Source: an uncultured Gammaproteobacteria bacterium (GTDB taxonomy: Bacteria > Pseudomonadota > Gammaproteobacteria > GCA-002705445 > GCA-002716945). Taken from it: DNA of 64,000 bases. Every line of letters begins with the position of its first letter. Position 1 is the first letter of the stretch. Under the pieces are notes generated by a model. It was given only the letters and a program-made list of their open reading frames with translations. It was not told the DNA's origin and did no database searches. The position numbers and the translations under genes are program-made. Positions 57,190-64,000 of the stretch are shown here, piece after piece. The stretch covers positions 895 through 64,894 of the forward strand of contig CACLCV010000003.1 of NCBI GenBank assembly GCA_902605525.1, given 5' to 3'.

Positions 57190-57668
57190 TTTAAGATAAT
57201 CTCTGTTGACGAGATAACAATACCGTCAGGATCAGAGTAAATAAATTGATTTTCCTTGAATGTTACTCCAGCAAAGTTTAGATCTAGATTATATCTTCCA
57301 ACATCCTTTTTTTCACTCTTGTTGGGAACTAAGTTAATGGCTTTTATAGATATACCAATATTATTAATCTCGAAACTATCTCTTATACAGCCATTTACTA
57401 TAATTCCTGACCAGTTATTTTCTGCTCCGAGTGCAGCTAAATTATCACCTATAAGAGCACATTTTTCTGACCCTCTACCATCAACGACCATTACACAGCC
57501 TGACCCATCTTCTTGTAATAGCTTCTTTACGTATGAGTTATCTTCGATAGCTTCTACAGTTTTAATTTTTCCATAGCAATGTGTATGAGAGCCAAAAGAC
57601 TTGAAGATAGGTTTTGCTATAATCAAGTTATAATCGTCACACAAGTCAGCTGTATTAAATTTGTTCAT
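57186..57668 (-). CDS. rraA: RraA family protein (RNase E regulator / HMG-KDPG aldolase-like)
   Basis: A 160-aa protein with the N-terminal T.DLCD pattern and an RraA-like core (VVDG.G....A..GD). Confidence 0.7.
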   Translation of the reverse strand: MNKFNTADLCDDYNLIIAKPIFKSFGSHTHCYGKIKTVEAIEDNSYVKKLLQEDGSGCVMVVDGRGSEKCALIGDNLAALGAENNWSGIIVNGCIRDSFEINNIGISIKAINLVPNKSEKKDVGRYNLDLNFAGVTFKENQFIYSDPDGIVISSTEIILK

Positions 57669-58923
57669 CTTTAATAATAAATTTGATTTTTTTTAATATT
57701 AACAGAGCAGGTATTGCTATTAAAGAACAAAAAATAAAGTAGATATCCCAATCTAACATTTCAACTAAGAACCCTGAGGTCCCAGATAAGAATGTTCTGG
57801 GTAAAGACATTAATGCTGTCATAAGAGCAAACTGTGTTGCTGTAAATTGCTTTGAAGTCATATTAGCTATAAAGGCTAGGTAAGCAGTATATCCCATTCC
57901 TGCAGCTAAATTTTCAAGTGTAATGACACCAATTAGCATAACTATATTATCACCGGTGTAGAATAATACAGCAAAACCCAGTGTAGCGATTAATTGAAAT
58001 ACTCCAAAATATATTAGGGATTTGTATAAGCCAATTTTTAGTGATAGAACACCACCCACAAAAGCTCCTATCAATGTAGCGCCTAGACCAAAAAATTTAA
58101 CTACGGTACCAATTTCTGTTTTTGAAAATCCTATCTCTAGATAAAAATTTGTACTTAGTGAGTGTGCCATCGTATCACCTACTTTATACAACAATACGAA
58201 TAATAAAATTAGATATGGAACATACTTTTGAATATCATTTTTTTCAACTTGATAGCGATTAAAAAATTCTTTAAAAGGTTCAATTATAGATTCTTTCAGT
58301 GTGGTTGGCTGAGCTGTAATTTCAGGTTCGTTTGCAAAGAATGTTGTTACAACACCTAATAACATTATCAATGACATCAGTGTATAAACAAATGAGTAAG
58401 AATAAATATCCGCTAGAATAAGCCCCCCTGCTCCGGCAGCTAAAGCTCCGAATCTGTATCCTAAAACATAAGCTGATGCCCCAATGGTTTGTTCCTTTTC
58501 TAGAAGGCTTTCTCTTCTATATGCATCTATAACGATATCTTGAGAAGCTGAAAAGAACGTAACTGATAATGATAGAACAGCAACGTTATAAAGATTGATT
58601 TCTGGATTTGATTGTCCTAATAAAAATATAGATATTATTAATAGTATTTGTACGAATAAAAGCCAACCTCTCCTTCTTCCCAGAGGAGATATTACATACC
58701 GATCAAAAATTGGTGCCCATAAAAATTTTAAAGAGTAAGGTAAGCCAATCAATGCAAACAATCCAATAGTTGATTTGGATACATTGACGTCCGTAAGCCA
58801 TGCTTGTAGAAGTGTGATAGTCAATAGCAAAGGAAGGCCCGCAACAAAACCCATTATCATTGAGATAATTATTTTTTTTTCAGAATAGGGTTTAAATATA
58901 TTTTGTATAGAATCAAATATCAT
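57655..58923 (-). CDS. ampG: AmpG-family MFS permease (muropeptide transporter-like)
   Basis: N-terminal signature GFVAGLPLLL..TLQAW....VS...IGLFALIGLPYSLKFLWAP.FDRY. 422 aa. Confidence 0.7.
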   Translation of the reverse strand: MIFDSIQNIFKPYSEKKIIISMIMGFVAGLPLLLTITLLQAWLTDVNVSKSTIGLFALIGLPYSLKFLWAPIFDRYVISPLGRRRGWLLFVQILLIISIFLLGQSNPEINLYNVAVLSLSVTFFSASQDIVIDAYRRESLLEKEQTIGASAYVLGYRFGALAAGAGGLILADIYSYSFVYTLMSLIMLLGVVTTFFANEPEITAQPTTLKESIIEPFKEFFNRYQVEKNDIQKYVPYLILLFVLLYKVGDTMAHSLSTNFYLEIGFSKTEIGTVVKFFGLGATLIGAFVGGVLSLKIGLYKSLIYFGVFQLIATLGFAVLFYTGDNIVMLIGVITLENLAAGMGYTAYLAFIANMTSKQFTATQFALMTALMSLPRTFLSGTSGFLVEMLDWDIYFIFCSLIAIPALLILKKIKFIIKDEQI

Positions 58924-59680
58924 AATTAACTATAAGAGGCGCATGATCTGAGAATTTATTTGCTTTATATACTGAAGCACTTTTAATTTTATTACAGAAG
59001 TTATCAGTCACCATTTGGTAGTCGATTCTCCAGCCTACATTATTATTATAAGCATTACCTCTATTTGACCACCATGTATATATATCTGTTTTTTTACACT
59101 TTTCTCGAAACGCATCCTTTAATCCAATCTTATTAATTAATTTTGTCATCCACTCTCTCTCTTCTAGCAAAAAGCCAGAATTTTTCTGATTAGATTTCCA
59201 ATTCTTTATATCATCTTTAGTATGCGCAATATTATAATCCCCACATACAATCAATGGCCTCTTCTCTTTGATGAGTTTTTTTATAAACTTCTCAAAATGT
59301 CCCATGAACTCATATTTTAGTTTTTGTCTTTCTTCTCCAGATGACCCTGATGGGAAATACACAGATATCAAAGAAAAGTCTTTATATTCAGTGAGAATAA
59401 AGCGGCCTTCAGATTCAAATATTGATTTAGAAAAAGAGGTTTTAATATTAAGAGGCTTGTGCTTTGTATAAATAGCTACTCCACTATATCCTTTTTTTTC
59501 AGCAACATTTAGATATCTAGTATAGCCTTTCAGAGAAAAAGAAGAATCCATAATTTGTTCCTCAAGAGCTCGGGTTTCTTGCATGCATATGAAATCCGCT
59601 TTAGTTTTTTTCAGCCAATCAAAAAGCCCTTTTTTTTGACTAGACCTTATTCCACAAACATTTATAGTTATAACTTTCAT
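58913..59680 (-). CDS. Exodeoxyribonuclease III paralog (Xth family)
   Basis: Motifs ITINVCGIR, CMQETRA and a C-terminal SDHAP. 255 aa. It is a second xth copy in the window. Confidence 0.85.
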   Translation of the reverse strand: MKVITINVCGIRSSQKKGLFDWLKKTKADFICMQETRALEEQIMDSSFSLKGYTRYLNVAEKKGYSGVAIYTKHKPLNIKTSFSKSIFESEGRFILTEYKDFSLISVYFPSGSSGEERQKLKYEFMGHFEKFIKKLIKEKRPLIVCGDYNIAHTKDDIKNWKSNQKNSGFLLEEREWMTKLINKIGLKDAFREKCKKTDIYTWWSNRGNAYNNNVGWRIDYQMVTDNFCNKIKSASVYKANKFSDHAPLIVNYDI

Positions 59681-59724
59681 TTTACTTTTATCGTTATGTT
59701 ATCATTAATTTATGGCTAGCCACT

Positions 59725-60366
59725 ATGTTTAATAAGAAACGAGATTTCATAGAGTTTACTATTAATAAAAAAATTTTAAGATTTGGAGATTTCACACTCA
59801 AATCAGGCAGAAAAAGTCCTTATTATTTTAATACTGGTTTATGTCATGATGGCCAGCTATTGTCTGACCTCTCCTCATATTATGCTGATTATATAAAAAA
59901 TAATAATCTCAATTATGATTTCATATTTGGACCAGCTTATAAAGGGATTACACTTTGCTCATCAATTTGTCAGAGCTTATATTCTAAATATTCAATCATT
60001 TCACAATATGCATTTAACAGAAAAGAAACCAAATTGCATGGTGACAAAGGTAACTTCGTAGGCTGCGATATAAAAGGAGAGTCCTTGATAGTAGATGATG
60101 TAATCTCCTCTGGGTCATCTATAATCGAATCATACAACCTAGTTTTAGAATCTCATGCTACTTGTAAGAATATTCTCGTGGCATTTAATAGAATGGAAAT
60201 AGGTAAAAACTCAATGGCATCAAAAGAACTTAAAAAATATTATGATATACAAACGCATTATTTAATTAATCTTGATGACATTTATGAATATATAAAATCA
60301 AATTCAAAATATACAAAATATGTTCAAAATATGGATGTCTATATTTCTAAATATAAGGGTATTTAA
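59725..60366 (+). CDS. pyrE: Orotate phosphoribosyltransferase
   Basis: Motif FGDFTLKSGRKSPYYFN and the PRPP-binding VDDVISSGSS. 213 aa. Confidence 0.95.
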   Translation: MFNKKRDFIEFTINKKILRFGDFTLKSGRKSPYYFNTGLCHDGQLLSDLSSYYADYIKNNNLNYDFIFGPAYKGITLCSSICQSLYSKYSIISQYAFNRKETKLHGDKGNFVGCDIKGESLIVDDVISSGSSIIESYNLVLESHATCKNILVAFNRMEIGKNSMASKELKKYYDIQTHYLINLDDIYEYIKSNSKYTKYVQNMDVYISKYKGI

Positions 60367-61091
60367 AACAGAAGTTTATACGCAACTACGATTGTCACGA
60401 ATTGATATGCAGCTTTGATGACCCTATTAGATTTACTAATAGCAATCATTGCTCCAACGTAACCTCCAAAAAAAGAGCCAATTATAAGTACCGGTAGGAT
60501 TGTAAAATCTATCGTTGAAATTAGGTACAGAGTCACAGCTCCAATCAAGTTAAAAAACAGACCTACTACTAATAATGTATAACCAATTGCTTCTTTAAAT
60601 GACATGCCATATATTTGAGTTAACATCAAAGTGTACAGTAAACCTGTCCCAGCTGAGAGTGATCCATTTAGAAAACCAATCATGAACAATATAAGATAGA
60701 GCACAGAGGGATGCATGCTATCACTTATGTTTCCAGTACGTTTTATAAATGATAATAGGAATACTATTAGTATAAGAACCCCAAGCAGTTTTCTTGCTAG
60801 ACCTTCATCTATAGAGCTTATTGAGTATGCACCAATAATCACTGCTGGCAGACCAACCATGATTCCCTCTAATAATATTTTTTTATTAGGAATGTTTTTT
60901 TCAAAGAACTTTAGAGACGCACCTAAACCCAAAAGAACTGTTGAGACTTTATGAGTAGCAAGTGCTACTGGAAATGTTATTTCGAACAATAATAGAATTG
61001 CAGGAAGTTGTATTATACCAGCGCCACCTCCCGAGAAAGCAGAGAATAAATTCGAAATAAAAGATACAAAAAGAAGGAATATGTATTCCAA
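60363..61091 (-). CDS. TauE/SafE family sulfite exporter-like membrane protein
   Basis: A 242-aa polytopic protein with an N-terminal SGGGAG.I..P pattern. Confidence 0.7.
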   Translation of the reverse strand: MEYIFLLFVSFISNLFSAFSGGGAGIIQLPAILLLFEITFPVALATHKVSTVLLGLGASLKFFEKNIPNKKILLEGIMVGLPAVIIGAYSISSIDEGLARKLLGVLILIVFLLSFIKRTGNISDSMHPSVLYLILFMIGFLNGSLSAGTGLLYTLMLTQIYGMSFKEAIGYTLLVVGLFFNLIGAVTLYLISTIDFTILPVLIIGSFFGGYVGAMIAISKSNRVIKAAYQFVTIVVAYKLLF

Positions 61092-61094
61092 ATC

Positions 61095-61991
61095 TTATAT
61101 TCTGCGAATCATTGTTCCAACACCTTCGTCTGTAAAAAGCTCAAGGAGTAATGCGTGTTCAATTGTGCCGTCAATTATCTGCACGTTATGTACACCAGCA
61201 GATACAGCCTCAAGTGCAGACTCAACCTTAGGTAACATTCCTGAAGATATAGTACCTTCTTTTACAAACTGTCTTACCTGTTCAGCATTCATGGATTTAA
61301 TGAGATTGCCATCATCATCAAAGACACCTGCAGTGTTGGTCAACAAAACATATTTACCAGCTTGTAGGATTTTTGCAATTTTTCCAGCAACTATGTCGGC
61401 ATTAATATTATAGGTTTTGTAATCATCTCCTATACCAATTGGCGCAATGACAGGAATAAACGATGTCGAGTCCAGGAGATTTACTACACTTGGATCAATG
61501 CTTGCGACCATACCTGTGTTCTTGAAATCAAAGTTTTTATTTTTACCTTCAGAAACCATTTTTTTAGCCCTTATTAATCCACCATCTTTACCAGATAAAC
61601 CTACGGCTCTGCCTCCATGGCTTGTGATCAAATTTACAATCTCTTTATTAATAGATCCGCCAAGAACCATTTCAATAAGATCTATTGATTTTTCATCTGT
61701 CACTCTCATGCCATCTACAAATTCACTTTTAATTCCCATTTTCTCAAGGTAGCTTGTTATTTGTGGTCCACCACCATGAACAATTACAGGGTGGAGACCA
61801 ACTTGTTTTAAAAGAACAATATCACGGGCAAAGCTATTTTTAAGTTTGTCATCAATCATTGCATTACCACCAAATTTAATGACTATTATTTTATTAGATA
61901 GCTTTTGTATATACGGCAATGCTTCTATAAGCACGTCTGCCGTAGAAGGTATATTCGCAGTATCTTTTCTTAGCACAATTTCTTTGTTCAT
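61095..61991 (-). CDS. argB: Acetylglutamate kinase
   Basis: Amino-acid kinase motifs VIKFGGNAM and VHGGGPQI. 298 aa. Confidence 0.95.
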   Translation of the reverse strand: MNKEIVLRKDTANIPSTADVLIEALPYIQKLSNKIIVIKFGGNAMIDDKLKNSFARDIVLLKQVGLHPVIVHGGGPQITSYLEKMGIKSEFVDGMRVTDEKSIDLIEMVLGGSINKEIVNLITSHGGRAVGLSGKDGGLIRAKKMVSEGKNKNFDFKNTGMVASIDPSVVNLLDSTSFIPVIAPIGIGDDYKTYNINADIVAGKIAKILQAGKYVLLTNTAGVFDDDGNLIKSMNAEQVRQFVKEGTISSGMLPKVESALEAVSAGVHNVQIIDGTIEHALLLELFTDEGVGTMIRRI

Positions 61992-61994
61992 AAT

Positions 61995-63362
61995 TTAGAA
62001 CGGTAATTCTATCGTATTATCAATTTTAAGAATAGCATTTTTAATTTCATTTTTAATAATATTAAGGCTACTTTCTGACAATGATTCAAAACGGAGCGTT
62101 ATTTTAGGGGATGTGTTTGAGGCTCTTATTAAGCCCCAAGAATCTGTATTAGATATTTTAATTCCATCTAAATATGATACTGAGTAGTTATGAAAATCAC
62201 TATTTGCTCTAAAACTTTGCATAAATTCAAAATGATCATTTGCTGGAAATTCTATATCAATTTCTGATGTAGTGAATGTTTTTGGTAAACTTGATAAATG
62301 GTCAACAAGATTAGGCTCATTTGATAATATTTCTAAGAACCTGAGAAAAACATAAATTCCATCATCAAACCCATACCATTTGTCATTAAAGAATATATGA
62401 CCACTCATTTCTCCACCTAGTTTTGCAGATTCTTTTTTAATTGTTTGTTTAATGTATGAGTGTCCGGTTCTAGATTCTATAGGTATGCCATTAGAATCCT
62501 CTATTGTTTTTTTTAGATTTTTTGTGCATTTAACATCGTATACAATCTTTGCATTCTGATTATCAGTAAGGATAGATTTTGAGAATAAAATCATCAGTTG
62601 ATCAGGCCAAATGATTTCTCCATTTTTTTTAATAATTACAAGACGGTCACCGTCACCATCAAATGCAACTCCGTATTCTGCATTAGTCTCGATTATTTTT
62701 TCTTTCAGCATTTCTAGGTTAGATTCTTTTGTGGGATCTGGATCACAATTAGGGTAATTACCATCTACAACGCTATTGATAAATTCTGCATTAACATTAA
62801 ATGCTCTGGTTACATTTTCTATTACACTTCCTGTAATTCCATTCATGCAGTCAATAACAAATTTGTCTTCAAGGTCAATTGATATATCTTCTTTTACTCT
62901 TCTAATGTATTTATCAGCTATATCACTAGATATGTTTGGCTTGTCATTATTAGCAACCTCCTCAACTATATTATTGGCTATCCAGTCTCTAAGAGCATAT
63001 ATGTCTTTATCAAATAGAGGGTTACCACCTACAATCATCTTGATTCCGTTATAATCTTTAGGATTATGACTACCGGTTACCATAAAGCCATTTGGTATAT
63101 TGAGTATTTTAGTTGCAAAATAAAGCATTGGCGTTGGTAGCATTCCACAATCAGTAACTTCAATGCCATGTGAAACAAGGCCATTAATTAGTGATTTCTT
63201 AATATGTGGCCCACTTAGCCTTCCGTCCATTGCTACAACTGCTTTTCTATTGGTAGTAATTTTATCAGCTAAGGCAGCTCCAATTTTATATGCGGTTTCT
63301 TCATTAAGGTCTGATGGATAAAGCCCCCTGATGTCATATGCTCTGAAGATATCTGCGTTCAT
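61995..63362 (-). CDS. algC: Phosphomannomutase / phosphoglucomutase
   Basis: Phosphoserine loop TGSHNP, metal-binding DGDGDR and sugar-binding GGEMSGH. 455 aa. Confidence 0.9.
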   Translation of the reverse strand: MNADIFRAYDIRGLYPSDLNEETAYKIGAALADKITTNRKAVVAMDGRLSGPHIKKSLINGLVSHGIEVTDCGMLPTPMLYFATKILNIPNGFMVTGSHNPKDYNGIKMIVGGNPLFDKDIYALRDWIANNIVEEVANNDKPNISSDIADKYIRRVKEDISIDLEDKFVIDCMNGITGSVIENVTRAFNVNAEFINSVVDGNYPNCDPDPTKESNLEMLKEKIIETNAEYGVAFDGDGDRLVIIKKNGEIIWPDQLMILFSKSILTDNQNAKIVYDVKCTKNLKKTIEDSNGIPIESRTGHSYIKQTIKKESAKLGGEMSGHIFFNDKWYGFDDGIYVFLRFLEILSNEPNLVDHLSSLPKTFTTSEIDIEFPANDHFEFMQSFRANSDFHNYSVSYLDGIKISNTDSWGLIRASNTSPKITLRFESLSESSLNIIKNEIKNAILKIDNTIELPF

Positions 63363-63365
63363 GTG

Positions 63366-63815
63366 CTATTTTTTTCCTGATGAACCAAAACCCTTTTCAC
63401 CTCTTTTGGAAGTTCTAAATTCGTCGACAATCTCCAGCTTAGGATGTTCAACTTTTATAAATACCATTTGTGCAATCCTATCTAAGGGCTCAATTATGTA
63501 ATTCTCTTTACTTCTATTCCAACAAGATATCATGAGTTCACCTTGATAATCAGAATCTATAAGACCAACTAGGTTACCTAAGACTATCCCTTTTTTATGA
63601 CCTAAACCGGACCGAGGCAGTATTGTTGCTGCATAATCTTTATTTTTAATAAAAATAGATAACCCTGTTGGTATTAAAACTGTTTCCTCAGAGTGTAGTT
63701 TCATTTTTTTATTTATAGCTGCACGGAGGTCCAAGCCCGCCGAACCCTCTGTTGCGTAATCTGGCAATTCTTTAATAATATTATTGACAATTTTTACTTG
63801 AACACTATCAAGCAT
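63366..63815 (-). CDS. dut: dUTP diphosphatase
   Basis: A 149-aa protein with dUTPase motifs ([24 protein letters not shown]). Confidence 0.95.
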   Translation of the reverse strand: MLDSVQVKIVNNIIKELPDYATEGSAGLDLRAAINKKMKLHSEETVLIPTGLSIFIKNKDYAATILPRSGLGHKKGIVLGNLVGLIDSDYQGELMISCWNRSKENYIIEPLDRIAQMVFIKVEHPKLEIVDEFRTSKRGEKGFGSSGKK

Positions 63816-64000
63816 TTTTTATCTTCAACAGATTTTTTTTGTATATAGATACAATTTTATGAATGATAATCTTTGCCAATTCTTTTTTCGAATTAAGAGG
63901 TATCGAAATCGTCTCTGATTCATTTATGATAACTATTTGATTATAATCAGATTCAAAGCCCAAACCTTTTTTGTGATTTGCCTCATTAGCAATTATCATA
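63808..64000 (-). CDS. coaBC: Phosphopantothenoylcysteine decarboxylase / synthetase CoaBC (Dfp), C-terminal fragment. The gene runs off the window.
   Basis: The C-terminal GFESDYNQ...PL..KELAKII..KI resembles the E. coli Dfp C-terminus. The canonical dfp-dut adjacency is present and the ORF is open to the window edge. Confidence 0.5.
   Translation of the reverse strand, partial: MIIANEANHKKGLGFESDYNQIVIINESETISIPLNSKKELAKIIIHKIVSIYKKNLLKIKNA

Overview
Streamlined, AT-rich (roughly 30% GC by eye) gammaproteobacterial chromosome segment spanning the replication-origin neighbourhood. The gene order is Pseudomonas-like. On the minus strand run rpmH-rnpA-yidD-yidC-mnmE-mnmG-rsmG-parA-parB-atpIBEFHAGDC-glmU-glmS. 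Divergent from rpmH on the plus strand run dnaA-dnaN-recF-gyrB-xth. Immediately downstream of glmS lies a small accessory stretch containing a blue-tuned (Q105, DTE motif) proteorhodopsin followed by a retinal-biosynthesis operon (crtI-crtB-crtY-blh), which points to a marine photoheterotroph such as a SAR86-like lineage. The rest is housekeeping: acs, hemCD, argH, lptM-lysA-dapF-xerC, hslVU, recG, cysQ/nudE, split ccm genes, pyrE, argB, algC-like PMM, dut and a partial coaBC. Notable observations: (1) a roughly 21-bp duplication of the glmS 3' terminus (the classic attTn7-type site) forms direct repeats around a tiny secreted-protein gene. (2) mnmG and rsmG are each broken by a single-base insertion inside a homopolymer (G6 and A5). 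(3) ccmC is inverted relative to ccmAB. (4) A GC-rich perfect hairpin sits between the proteorhodopsin gene and crtI. (5) An unlisted rpmH gene and an LptM-like mini-lipoprotein gene were found by eye. (6) A perfect DnaA box lies in the dnaA-dnaN spacer, while the rpmH-dnaA spacer is only 80 bp. No CRISPR array, transposase, tRNA or rRNA was recognised.
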